Below are positions 1 through 13,067 of a stretch of 64,000 nt of DNA, piece by piece (the first letter of the stretch is position 1; each line of letters begins with the position of its first letter). Source of the DNA: Octopus vulgaris (Eukaryota); contig OX597824.1 in the NCBI GenBank assembly GCA_951406725.2, forward strand, positions 99,916,489 to 99,980,488, written 5' to 3'. Position numbers and translations under genes: made by a program. The notes beneath the pieces are model-generated. The model had not been told where the DNA came from and made no database searches. It worked only from the letters and a program-made list of their open reading frames with translations.

Positions 1-3000
1 CTGACTGGCACCCGTGCTGGTGACATGTGAAAAGTACCATTTGAGCCTGGCCAATGCCAGGGCTGCCTGACTGGCACCCATGCTGGTGACATGTAAAAAG
101 TACCATTTGAGCCTGGCCAATGCCAGTGCTGCCTGACTGGCACCCGTGCTGGTGACATGTGAAAAGTACCATTTGAGCCTGGCCAATGCCAGGGCTGCCT
201 GACTGGCACCCGTGCTGCTGATGACATGTAAAAAGTACCATTTGAGCCTGGCCAATGCCAGGGCTGCCTGACTGGCACCCGTGCTGGTGACATGTGAAAA
301 GTACCATTTGACCTGGCTAATGCCAGTGCTGCCTGACTGGCACCCATGCTGGTGACATGTAAAAAGTACCATTTGAGCCTGGCCAGTGCCAGGGCTGCCT
401 GACTGGCACCCGTGCTGGTGACATGTAAAAAGTACCATTTGAGCCTGGCCAATGCCAGGGCTGCCTGACTGGCACCCGTGCTGGTGACATGTAAAAAGTA
501 CCATTTGAGCCTGGCCAATGCCAGGGCTGCCTGACCAATGCCAGGGCTGCCTGACTGGCACCCGTGCTGGTGACATGTAAAAAGTACCATTTGAGCCTGG
601 CCAATGCCAGGGCTGCCTGACTGGTACCCGTGCTGGTGACATGTAAAAAGTACCATTTGAGCCTGGCCAATGCCAGGGCTGCCTGACTGGCACCCGTGCT
701 GGTGACATGTAAAAAGTACCATTTGAGCCTGGCCAATGCCAGGGCTGCCTGACTGGCACCCGTGCTGGTGACATGTGAAAAGTACCATTTGAGCCTGGCC
801 AATGCCAGGGCTGCCTGACTGGCACCTGTGCTGGTGACATGTAAAAAGTACCATTTGAGCCTGGCCAATGCCAGTGCTGCCTGACTGGCACCCGTGCTGG
901 TGACATGTGAAAAGTACCATTTGAGCCTGGCCAATGCCAGGGCTGCCTGACTGGCACCCATGCTGGTGACATGTAAAAAGTACCATTTGAGCCTGGCCAA
1001 TGCCAGTGCTGCCTGACTGGCACCCGTGCTGGTGACATGTGAAAAGTACCATTTGAGCCTGGCCAATGCCAGGGCTGCCTGACTGGCACCCGTGCTGCTG
1101 ATGACATGTAAAAAGTACCATTTGAGCCTGGCCAATGCCAGGGCTGCCTGACTGGCACCCGTGCTGGTGACATGTGAAAAGTACCATTTGACCTGGCTAA
1201 TGCCAGTGCTGCCTGACTGGCACCCATGCTGGTGACATGTAAAAAGTACCATTTGAGCCTGGCCAGTGCCAGGGCTGCCTGACTGGCACCCGTGCTGGTG
1301 ACATGTAAAAAGTACCATTTGAGCCTGGCCAATGCCAGGGCTGCCTGACTGGCACCTGTGCTGGTGACATGTAAAAAGTACCATTTGAGCCTGGCCAATG
1401 CCAGGGCTGCCTGACTGGCACCCGTGCTGGTGACATGTAAAAAGTACCATTTGAGCCTGGCCAATGCCAGTGCTGCCTGAGTGGCACCCGTGCTGGTGAC
1501 ATGTAAAAAGTACCATTTGAGCCTGGCCAATGCCAGGGCTGCCTGACTGGCACCCGTGCTGGTGACATGTAAAAGTACCATTTGAGCCTGGCCAATGCCA
1601 GTGCTGCCTGACTGGCACCCGTGCTGGTGACATGTAAAAGTACCATTTGAGCCTGGCCAATGCCAGGGCTGCCTGACTGGCCACCCGTGCTGGTGACATG
1701 TAAAAAGTACCATTTGAGCCTGGCCAATGCCAGGGCTGCCTGACTGGCACCCGTGCTGGTGACATGTAAAAAGTACCATTTGAGCCTGGCCAATGCCAGG
1801 GCTGCCTGACTGGTACCCGTGCTGGTGACATGTGAAAAGTACCATTTGACCTGGCCAATGCCAGTGCTGCCTGACTGGCACCCGTGCTGGTGACATGTAA
1901 AAAGTACCATTTGACCTGGCCAATGCCAGTGCTGCCTGACTGGCACCCATGCTGGTGACATGTGAAAAGTACCATTTGAGCCTGGCAAATGCCAGGGCTG
2001 CCTGACTGGCACCCGTGCTGGTGACATGTGAAAAGTACCATTTGACCTGGCCAATGCAAGTGCTGCCTGACTGGCACCCATGCTGGTGACATGTAAAAGT
2101 ACCATTTGAGCCTGGCCAATGCCAGTGCTGCCTGACTGGCACCCATGCTGGTGACATGTAAAAAGTACCATTTGACCTGGCCAATGCAAGTGCTGCCTGA
2201 CTGGCACCCATGCTGGTGACATGTAAAAAGTACCATTTGAGCCTGGCCAATGCCAGTGCTGCCTGACTGGCACCCGTGCTGGTGACATGTGAAAAGTACC
2301 ATTTGACCTGGCCAATGCAAGTGCTGCCTGACTGGCACCCATGCTGGTGACATGTAAAAAGTACCATTTGAGCCTGGCCAATGCCAGTGCTGCCTGACTG
2401 GCACCCGTGCTGGTGACATGTAAAAAGTACCATTTGACCTGGCCAATGCCAGTGCTGCCTGACTGGCACCCGTGCTGGTGACATGTGAAAAGTACCATTT
2501 GAGCCTGGCCAATGCCAGGGCTGCCTGACCAATGCCAGTGCTGCCTGACTGGCACCCGTGCTGGTGACATGTAAAAAGTACCATTTGACCTGGCCAATGC
2601 CAGTGCTGCCTGACTGGCACCCGTGCTGGTGACATGTGAAAAGTACCATTTGAGCCTGGCCAATGCCAGGGCTGCCTGACCAATGCCAGGGCTGCCTGAC
2701 TGGCACCCGTGCTGGTGACATGTAAAAAGTACCATTTGAGCCTGGCCAATGCCAGGGCTGCCTGACTGGTACCTGTGCTGGTGACATGTAAAAAGTACCA
2801 TTTGAGCCTGGCCAATGCCAGTGCTGCCTGACTGGCACCTGTGCTGGTGACATGTAAAAAGTACCATTTGAGCCTGGCCAATGCCAGGGCTGCCTGACTG
2901 GCACCTGTGCTGGTGACATGTAAAAAGTACCATTTGAGCCTGGCCAATGCCAGGGCTGCCTGACTGGCACCTGTGCTGGTGACATGTAAAAAGTAACATT

Positions 3001-6000
3001 TGAGCCTGGCCAATGCCAGGGCTGCCTGACTGGCACCTGTGCTGGTGACATGTAAAAAGTACCATTTGAGCCTGGCCAATGCCAGTGCTGCCTGACTGGC
3101 ACCCGTGCTGGTGACATGTAAAAAGTACCATTTGAGCCTGGCCAATGCCAGGGCTGCCTGACTGGCACCTGTGCTGGTGACATGTAAAAAGTACCATTTG
3201 AGCCTGGCCAATGCCAGGGCTGCCTGATTGGCACCTGTGCTGGTGACATGTAAAAAGTACCATTTGAGCCTGGCCAATGCCAGTGCTGCATGACTGGCAC
3301 CCGTGCTGGTGACATGTAAAAAGTACCATTTGAGCCTGGCCAATGCCAGGGCTGCCTGACTGGCACCTGTGCTGGTGACATGTAAAAAGTACCATTTGAG
3401 CCTGGCCAATGCCAGGGCTGCCTGACTGGCACCTGTGCTGGTGATATGTAAAAAGTACCATTTGAGCCTGGCCAATGCCAGTGCTGCCTGACTGGCACCC
3501 GTGCTGGTGACATGTAAAAAGTACCATTTGAGCCTGGCCAATGCCAGGGCTGCCTGACTGGCACCTGTGCTGGTGACATGTAAAAAGTACCATTTGAGCC
3601 TGGCCAATTCCAGGGCTGCCTGACTGGCACCTGTGCTGGTGACATGTAAAAAGTACCATTTGAGCCTGGCCAATGCCAGGGCTGCCTGACTGGCACCTGT
3701 GCTGGTGACATGTAAAAAGTACCATTTGAGCCTGGCCAATGCCAGGGCTGCCTGACTGGCACCTGTGCTGGTGACATGTAAAAAGTACCATTTGAGCCTG
3801 GCCAATGCCAGTGCTGCCTGACTGGCACCCGTGCTGGTGACATGTAAAAAGTACCATTTGAGCCTGGCCAATGCCAGGGCTGCCTGACTGGCACCTGTGC
3901 TGGTGACATGTAAAAAGTACCATTTGAGCCTGGCCAATGCCAGGGCTGCCTGACTGGCACCCGTGCTGGTGACATGTAAAAAGTACCATTTGAGCCTGGC
4001 CAATGCCAGTGCTGCCTGACTGGCACCCGTGCTGGTGACATGTAAAAAGTACCATTTGAGCCTGGCCAATGCCAGGGCTGCCTGACTGGCACCTGTGCTG
4101 GTGACATGTAAAAAGTACCATTTGAGCCTGGCCAATGCCAGGGCTGCCTGACTGGCACCTGTGCTGGTGACATGTAAAAAGTACCATTTGAGCCTGGCCA
4201 ATGCCAGGGCTGCCTGACTGGCACCTGTGCTGGTGACATGTAAAAAGTACCATTTGAGCCTGGCCAATGCCAGTGCTGCCTGACTGGCACCCGTGCTGGT
4301 GACATGTAAAAAGTACCATTTGAGCCTGGCCAATGCCAGGGCTGCCTGACTGGCACCTGTGCTGGTGACATGTAAAAAGTACCATTTGAGCCTGGCCAAT
4401 GCCAGGGCTGCCTGACTGGCACCTGTGCTGGTGACATGTAAAAAGTACCATTTGAGCCTGGCAAATGCCAGGGCTGCCTGACTGGCACCCGTGCTGGTGA
4501 CATGTGAAAAGTACCATTTGACCTGGCCAATGCAAGTACTGCCTGACTGGCACCCATGCTGGTGACATGTAAAAAGTACCATTTGAGCCTGGCCAATGCC
4601 AGTGCTGCCTGACTGGCACCCGTGCTGGTGACATGTAAAAAGTACCATTTGAGCCTGGCCAATGCCAGGGCTGCCTGACTGGCACCCGTGCTGGTGACAT
4701 GTAAAAAGTACCATTTGAGCCTGGCCAATGCCAGTGCTGCCTGACTGGCACCCGTGCTGGTGACATGTAAAAAGTACCATTTGAGCCTGGCCAATGCCAG
4801 GGCTGCCTGACTGGCACCTGTGCTGGTGACATGTAAAAAGTACCATTTGAGCCTGGCCAATGCCAGTGCTGCCTGACTGGCACCCGTGCTGGTGACATGT
4901 AAAAAGTACCATTTGAGCCTGGCCAATGCCAGGGCTGCCTGACTGGCACCTGTGCTGGTGACATGTAAAAAGTACCATTTGAGCCTGGCCAATGCCAGGG
5001 CTGCCTGACTGGCACCTGTGCTGGTGACATGTAAAAAGTACCATCTGAGCCTGGCCAATGCCAGGGCTGCCTGACTGGCACCTGTGCTGGTGACATGTAA
5101 AAAGTACCATTTGAGCCTGGCCAATGCCAGTGCTGCCTGACTGGCACCCGTGCTGGTGACATGTAAAAAGTACCATTTGAGCCTGGCCAATGCCAGGGCT
5201 GCCTGACTGGCACCTGTGCTGGTGACATGTAAAAAGTACCATTTGAGCCTGGCCAATGCCAGGGCTGCCTGACTGGCACCCGTGCTGGTGACATGTAAAA
5301 AGTACCATTTGAGCCTGGCCAATGCCAGTGCTGCCTGACTGGCACCCGTGCTGGTGACATGTAAAAAGTACCATTTGAGCCTGGCCAATGCCAGGGCTGC
5401 CTGACCAATGCCAGAGCTGCCTGACTGGCACCCGTGCTGGTGACATGTAAAAAGTACCATTTGACCTGGCCAATGCCAGTGCTGCCTGACTGGCACCCGT
5501 GCTGGTGACATGTGAAAAGTACCATTTGAGCCTGGCAAATGCCAGGGCTGCCTGACTGGCACCCGTGCTGGTGACATGTGAAAAGTACCATTTGACCTGG
5601 CCAATGCAAGTACTGCCTATCTGGCACCCATGCTGGTGACATGTAAAAAGTACCATTTGAGCCTGGCCAATGCCAGTGCTGCCTGACTGGCACCCGTGCT
5701 GGTGACATGTAAAAAGTACCATTTGAGCCTGGCCAATGCCAGGGCTGCCTGACTGGCACCCGTGCTGGTGACATGTAAAAAGTACCATTTGAGCCTGGCC
5801 AATGCCAGTGCTGCCTGACTGGCACCCGTGCTGGTGACATGTAAAAAGTACCATTTGAGCCTGGCCAATGCCAGGGCTGCCTGACCAATGCCAGAGCTGC
5901 CTGACTGGCACCCGTGCTGGTGACATGTAAAAAGTACCATTTGAGCCTGGCCAATGCCAGGGCTGCCTGACTGGCACCCGTGCTGGTGACATGTAAAAAG

Positions 6001-6870
6001 TACCATTTGAGCCTGGCCAATGCCAGGGCTGCCTGACTGGCACCCGTGCTGGTGACATGTAAAGAGTACCATTTGAGCCTGGCCAATGCCAGGGCTGCCT
6101 GACCAATGCCAGAGCTGCCTGACTGGCACCCGTGCTGGTGACATGTAAAAAGTACCATTTGAGCCTGGCCAATGCCAGGGCTGCCTGACTGGCACCCGTG
6201 CTGGTGACATGTAAAAAGTACCATTTGAGCCTGGCCAATGCCAGTGCTGCTTGGCTGGCACCCATGCTGGTGACATGTAAAAAGTACCATTTGAGCCTGG
6301 CCAATACCAGGGCTGCCTGACTGGCACCCGTGCTGGTGACATGTGAAAAGTACCATTTGAGCCTGGCCAATGCCAGGGCTGCCTGACTGGCACCCGTGCT
6401 GGTGACATGTAAAAAGTACTATTTGAGCCTGGCCAATGCCAGTGCTGCTTGGCTGGCACCCGTGCTGGTGACATGTAAAAAGTACCATTTGAGCCTGGCC
6501 AATGCCAGGGCTGCCTGACTGGCACCCGTGCTGGTGACATGTAAAAAGTACCATTTGAGCCTGGCCAATGCCAGTGCTGCTTGGCTGGCACCCGTGCTGG
6601 TGACATGTAAAAAGTACCATTTGAGCCTGGCCAATGCCAGGGCTGCCTGACTGGCACCCGTGCTGGTGACATGTAAAAAGTACCATTTGAGCCTGGCCAA
6701 TGCCAGTGCTGCTTGGCTGGCACCCGTGCTGGTGACATGTAAAAAGTACCATTTGAGCCTGGCCAATGCCAGGGCTGCCTGACTGGCACCTGTGCTGGTG
6801 ACATGTAAAAAGTACCATTTGAGCCTGGCCAATGCCAGTGCTGCTTGGCTGGCACCCATACTGGTGACAC
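1..6870 (+). repeat. Tandem array of a 66-bp unit (CTGACTGGCACCCGTGCTGGTGACATGTAAAAAGTACCATTTGAGCCTGGCCAATGCCAGGGCTGC), roughly 100 copies, left end outside the window
   Basis: Direct periodicity. The minus-strand ORFs repeat a 22-aa unit (66 nt). Variants include 65-bp units, alternating GGGCTGC/GTGCTGC and a short internal duplication (ccaatgccagggctgcctga). Confidence 0.98.
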
Positions 6871-7037
6871 GTATAAAGCACCCCCTACACTCTGAGTTGT
6901 TGGCGTTAGGAAGGGCATCCAGCTGTAGAAATCTTGCCAAATGAGATTGGAGCTGGTGCAGCCTCCCAGCTTGCCAATCTTTAGTCAAACCCTCCAACCC
7001 ATGTCAGCACGGAAAGCAGACATGATGCTGATGATGT
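6870..7037 (+). mobile_element. 3' terminus of RTE-clade LINE, continuous with the 66-bp array
   Basis: Same sequence as the tail of the RTE at 10500-10673 (ctacactct...ggcgttaggaagggcatccagctgtagaaa...ccaacccatg...), ending in degenerate (GAT)n. Confidence 0.9.
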
Positions 7038-7275
7038 TCATTATCTTCTGAAAAGCCATTCATAACCTGTGTTATTTTATTAACATTAATGGTGAAGGAA
7101 TGGTTTGAAACACTAGACTAAGTGCTTTGCTGGAAGTATTTACTTTCCTGCTCTTCTGTTCTCATTGTTTCCATCTTCCCTAAGTTGATAAAATAGATAT
7201 TAATCTGACCAACAACAAAGTTGTAAGTGATATAAAAAATCAGTTTTCTATCATATTTTTTTGCTTCTGTTTCAG

Positions 7276-7404
7276 AAATCAATGATTACTTTCGATGAAC
7301 TTGTTAGTCATGTTGTTGTTTTATATGGAGACGAAGCAAGGAATTTATTTGTCTTTCATTTACAAGAACTCAACAAGTCTTCTTGTTCCATTTGTCAATC
7401 AGTA
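7276..7404 (+). CDS. Internal exon of Tuba/DNMBP-like gene (BAR region): KSMITFDELVSHVVVLYGDEARNLFVFHLQELNKSSCSICQSV
   Basis: Pyrimidine tract plus TTCAG acceptor and GTAAGT donor. 129 nt, open, phase 0-0, compatible with the next exon. Confidence 0.7.
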
Positions 7405-8020
7405 GTAAGTAACTTGTTTAATTTTTCAATTTTTTAGCAATTGAGGTTGAGGTGTTTGATGATGTCTAAATAGACATCAATAAGTTTCAAAGTATTTATG
7501 GTGTCTAGTTCTGAAAAAAAAAAATAATAATTTCCCCACTCATGTTAACATAGAAAATGGATGTTAATCTGTTGTAATATCTGAAAAAAAAAGTCTGCTG
7601 TAATATCTGAATTTATTCTTTTTTTTCAAATGCTTTGATCATATTTACTAATTTTTGTATTGGAATATGTAATTAGCACTATCTTGACTGTCTCATAAAT
7701 TGTGTAGAAATACGGTTTAAATCCTATTTTTATCACATCTGTATTCATTCCCCATTTATGGATAAGATATTGTACAAGAGCTGACAGGATTGTTCCCAGT
7801 CAAGTCGAAATATTGCCTATTGACCTAATCGTTTCCCCTTAATTTGTTCAAGTGATGATTATGGCCACAACACAATTCTTGGTAGTTTTGTTTATCAATA
7901 AACAGATATCATTGATTGATAAAATTCCTTAATAACAATCAGTGGTTAGTTGTTATTGTTAAAAAGGCAGTATTTGATATTAAGAAGCTCCATTTGGATG
8001 TTTCAAAGTGAGCTTTGGTA

Positions 8021-8283
8021 CATTATCATCATCATCATCATCATCATCATTTAACGTCTGCTTTCCATGCTGGCATGGGTTGGACGATTTGACTGAGGAC
8101 TGGCGAACCAGGTGGCTGCACCAAGATCCAATTTTGATCTGGCAGAGTTTCTACAGCTGGATGCCCTTCCTAACGCCAACCACTCCAAGAGTGTAGTCGG
8201 TGCTTTTACGTACCACCGGCATGAGGGCCAGTCAGGCAGTACTGTCAATGGCCACGCCCAAATGGTGTTTTTTTTTTTTTTTT
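8021..8283 (-). mobile_element. RTE 3' tail copy, inverted
   Basis: (CAT)n followed by the reverse complement of the RTE tail and about one 3'-UTR repeat unit, ending in a T-run. Confidence 0.9.
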
Positions 8284-10673
8284 CATTTGATGAGGCTGCA
8301 AAGAGAGAGGTTTGGAGATGCCACTATGAAAGGTTGCTGAATAAAGAAAATGAAAGGGAGAAAGAGAGTATGCCGAATGTCGACCCAACAGAGGGACCAG
8401 CTATCCGAGTTGACAGTACCTTGATAAATAAAGCAATTAAGAGTATGGAAACAGGGAAAGCCCCCGGCCCATCAGGAATTACTGCAGAGATGCTCAAAAT
8501 ATCTGGCAGTATCGGCTATAGCCTAGTCACCTATATAGTTAACCACAAAGTCATACCCAATGACTGGTGTAGCAGCGCTATAGTCAACTGCTACAAAGGT
8601 AAAGGTGACGCTTTAGATACAAATAATTACAGAGGTATCAAGCTGTTGGATCAGGTAATGAAGGTCATGGAGAGGGTCTTAGCCCAACTAATTAGGGACT
8701 GAGTCGGTTTAGATGAGATGCAGTTTGGGTTCGTGCCAAGGAAAAGCACCACTGATGCTATATTTCTAGTAAGACAGCTGCAGAAGAAGTATCTGGCTTT
8801 TTTTGACATGGAGAAAGCCTTTGACAGGGTCCCCCGATACCTTATCTGGTAGTCAATGAGGAAACTAGAGATAGATGAATGGTTAGTGAGAGCTGTGCAA
8901 GCCATGTACAGGGACGCTGTCAGTAAGGTGAGGGTTGGCAATGAGTACAGTGAAGAATTCAGGCTAGAGGTAGGGGTCCACCAGGGCTTAGTCCTCAGCC
9001 CCCTCCTATTTATCATAGTCCTCCAGGCAATAACAGAGGAATTCAAGACAGGATGCCCCTGGGAGCTCCTCTATGCTGATGACCTTGCTCTAATTGCTGA
9101 GTCACTGTCAGAACTAGGAGAAGTTTCAGGTGTGGAAACAAGGATTAGAATCGAAGGCCCTTAGAGTCAACCTAGCTAAAACCAAAGTCCTCATAAGTAG
9201 GAAGGCAAACCACAAATCCCTTCAGGTAGATGGCCCTGCTCGATCTGTAGTGGAGGCGTAGGTAGAAAATCTATAAAATGTACCCAGTGTTAGCTATGGA
9301 CACATAAGAGGTGCAGTAATATCAAAGGAAGGCTAACTTGGAAGATAGTTTTTGTATGTGGCAGATACTCTGGAGCAATAAACTCTGAAAATGTGCAGAG
9401 AATAGCTTCCATCGCATTCCAGAGAGAAAAACTAGAAGTAGTTGATAGCTTCTGTTACCTAGGTGACCAAGTCAGTAGCGGGGGTGGGTGCGCTGAAAGT
9501 GTAGTTGCTAGAATAAGAATAGCTTGGGCAAAGTTTAGAGAGCTCTTACCTCTGCAGGTGAAAAAGGGTCTATCACTCAGAGTAAAATGTAGACTGTATG
9601 ATGCATGTGTACGAACAGCCATGCTACATGGCAATGAAACATGGGCTGTGACTGCTGAGGACATGCGTAAGCTCACTAGGAATGAAGCCAGCATGATCCG
9701 ATGGATGTGTAATGTCAGTGTGCATACTCGACAGTGTAAATACCTTGAGAGAAAAGTTGGACCTAAGAAGCATCAGATGTGTGCAAGAGAGACAACTGCG
9801 CTGGTATGGTCATGTGGCGAGAATGGATGAGAATAACTGTGTGAAAAAGTGCCATACCCTAGCAGTTGAGGGAACCTGTGGAAGAGGTAGACCAGGAAGA
9901 CCTGGGATGAAGTGGTGAAGCACGACCTTTGAACTTTAGGCCTCACCAAGGAAATGACTAGTGATTGAGACTTGGAAATATGTTGTGCTTGAGAAGACCT
10001 GGCAAGTCATATGAGACCATAACCTCGTGGCCTATGCCAGGGGTGTAACCAGCCCACTTATGCATACCTTTTCCTTCTTTGGACACTAAAACTCTGCTTG
10101 TGAAGACCTGTTGAGACAAGTGAAATCAAAATCAAATTTGATGACTGGCATCCGTGCTAGCGGGGTACAAAGAGCACCATACGAGTGTGATTGTTGACAG
10201 AGCAGCTAACCGGCTTCTGTTCCAGTGGTACATAAAAGGCACCATTTGAGTGTGATCGTTACCAGCGTTGCCTTACTGGCACTTGAGCCCCATGCTAGTA
10301 GGGTGCCAAGAGCACCATCTGAGCGTGTTCGTTGCCAGAGTGGCTAACTGGCTTCTGTGCTAGTGGCACATAAAAAGAACCATTCAAGCATGATCGTTAC
10401 CAGCATCGCTTTACTGGCACCTGTGCCGGTGGCATGTGTAAAAGATTCAAGCAAGGTTGTTGCCAGTACCACCTGACTGGCTCCGTGCCGGTGGCACGTA
10501 AAAGCACCCACTACACTCTCGGAGTGGTTGGCGTTAGGAAGGGCATCCAGCTGTAGAAATTCTGCCAGATCAAGATTGAAGCCTGGTGCAGCCATCTGGT
10601 TCGCCAGCCCTCAGTCAAATCATCCAACCCATGCTATCATGGACAGCGGATGTTAAACAATGATGATGATGAT
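8284..10673 (+). mobile_element. 5'-truncated, inactivated RTE-clade LINE (RT domain, zinc-finger-like insert, 3'-UTR repeats, (GAT)n tail)
   Basis: Peptides GKAPGPSGITAEMLK, NYRGIKLL, QFGF, DMEKAFDRV, GVHQGLVLSPLLF, LLYADDL and YLGD, with several stops and frameshifts. Ends GATGTTAAACAA(TGA)n. Confidence 0.95.
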
Positions 10674-11409
10674 TAGTCTTTGTGCATTATGTATGATGAA
10701 GACACTGGCCCACTTCATTTAACAGTTGTAAGCCAATCAGGTTTAAGTATATTATGTAGAAACAAGACAACTATATAACTAACAAATATATCAAACCTGA
10801 AGTATTGAGTTCAAGAGGTTTCATGGACTTGAGCTTTAACATATTACTGGCTTGTCTATCATCTTACCTAATTGGTCTCAATAGGAACAATCCATTTATT
10901 ATGAGGTTACAGATATACCCATCTGGATATACTTCCCAGCATATATCCATATATACCATTAGATACTCTGTAATACCATGATATAGTAAACTTATTAAGA
11001 ATGATATCTCCTTGGGTTTACAGGATTGTTAAATGAGAATTCTTTATAACTTTTAACAGTTTAAGTAACCACTAACATTTTCAGCTTTATGTGATGTTTT
11101 GATTGGCTGATAAAGTGTTTATCAAGAGTAATTAACTCATCTGAAAGTTAAACATGTTCTAGGTTGAACACTTTACATTACCACAGTGATAAAAGGGAAG
11201 TTTTATGAAAGAGATCTAATCAAACAAGTAGTATACAAATATTACTACAACTGGAAAGGAGAAGCTGTTTTGGATGTATCATTTTCCTAAACAACTACGT
11301 GATTTGTCTAATCTTCAATTGACCGCTCAACAATTTTGTTTGATTTTTTTTCTTGATATAATTGATCAAATTAACTGATTTGAATTTTACTTTTTTTGTG
11401 AATATTTAG

Positions 11410-11520
11410 GTAGAGAAGGTAACAACTTTGCTTCTTCAACCCCTAATTGTGTTAATTAAACTATATGAAGGACCAGAGGCTCTGATAAAAAAACGGAATG
11501 ATAAATTAATGGAGATATAT
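11410..11520 (+). CDS. Exon of Tuba/DNMBP-like gene (BAR): VEKVTTLLLQPLIVLIKLYEGPEALIKKRNDKLMEIY
   Basis: TTTAG/GTAAGT boundaries, 111 nt, phase 0-0. Resembles the DNMBP BAR motif PL..L..M..GP.KL.QKR.DKLLD. Confidence 0.85.
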
Positions 11521-12238
11521 GTAAGTATGAAATTAATGAAGAGGCAAGAAAGTATATTAAGATGAAATGGTGATTTGTTGCCATACAAGGTGGAGTGTTC
11601 TGTATCATGTAAAACATAGAGTATTTTGGTGAAGTGAAGTTGGATAGCATGTTGAGTCAGACATAAGAGAGTGGAATATGATCAGATTACATGAGGTTTG
11701 AGTCAGGTGAGGAATCTTCAGATGCCAAGATGTAGCACAAGGTAATCAAATCAAACTAAGATATATGTTAGTAATTTTTCTAATTCATGTGAAGCTGCAA
11801 ATGTTAATAGTAGATGTGAGAGATTAAGATACTGGAATGCTGCCAGTTGAAACCTTGCTGTAAACATTTGTTTTGCCACTGATTGAGCAAGCCAGTGATT
11901 AACAACAGGCTGCTTGTGCCCATCCCATCTTATTTAATGAAGGGTTAGGGTATGAGTTGAAAGAAATAGGGCTGCTATTTCTTGCAGGTTAAGCTATCAT
12001 GCAGATACTTGGCTTGGAATTTATGTTGAGGGTCAATTACTTTGCTGGATGCAATCTGCCTGACTGAAAAGTATGTATTTCTTCAGATGTCAATGGAAAG
12101 GTATCCCTCTGTACTAAATGAAATACATCCTGGCAATAGTAGTATTTAAAGTGAAACTAAAATTGAAAATATTGCCTTTATTTTTTATTGGATATCAGAT
12201 AATAAAAATAGTGTGAAAATATTTCTTTCAATTTTTAG

Positions 12239-12421
12239 GGTAATGAATCTTTGGAGTTGGTGAAAAAAGAATATGAATCCTTAAACTGTCAATTGATAAA
12301 GGGCTTGCCAGATCTGTGTAAAATATCATCAGAAGTTATCTTGGACATTATTGTAAACTTCATACTGCTTAAGAATTACTATCAAGAACTCTGGGTTACA
12401 GGATTGAAGAAATTTATTGAA
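12239..12421 (+). CDS. Exon of Tuba/DNMBP-like gene (BAR): GNESLELVKKEYESLNCQLIKGLPDL...GLKKFIE
   Basis: TTTAG/GTAAGG boundaries, 183 nt, phase 0-0. YESLNCQLIKGLP resembles the BAR motif YEALN.QL..ELP. Confidence 0.85.
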
Positions 12422-13067
12422 GTAAGGAATTTAAGATTTTTATTGTGATTTGAAAAAAATATTTAAATGAATAGACAAGATTCTGATTATTGCTATTTTG
12501 TAGTCCCACAACCTCTAAAGGATTATACTTGTGGTCGTAGTAGTTGCTGTCAACTCAATATTTAACAGTATTTACGAATACATTATTGAGTGAATTGGCA
12601 GCATCTTTAGTATGAGACAAAATGCCTTGCTGTATTAATTCCAACTCACTGTGATCTGAGTTTAAACTCTGCTAAATTTCATTATTTCAGAATCAGTAAT
12701 ATCAAAGTTTGGTAAATTAACAAAATTATTAATACTGTCAGACAAGATATCACCTTGGATTGGCTCTAGTATTCCCTTAGATGGTAAACTTAATCTGCCA
12801 CTCATTTTAACATCACAACCTGGTCATTGGGTGCATTTAGTGCAAACAGTTAGGCCAGGTCTCTAATTAGAGAATAACTTCCTTCCACAAGTCATAAAAT
12901 TTCTGAAAAAACAACAGGGTTATATATCTTGCAACATTATATACATTTTGTCATTGACCTAGTTGATTGAACAATCAACACTTTCTCCTAGAGTTGTCAA
13001 ACTAAGTGTCATTTAGAGATTTTAACAATCTCCACTGAAAATAAAATAATGATGTATAAATATTAGG

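Noticed and set aside
1-6870. CRISPR-like array
   Set aside because: Units are contiguous with no unique spacers, there are no cas genes, and the context is eukaryotic.
317-6997. 2017-, 1894-, 433- and 192-aa ORFs as protein-coding genes
   Set aside because: They are pure translations of a 66-bp repeat, overlap in all frames and switch frame at indels.
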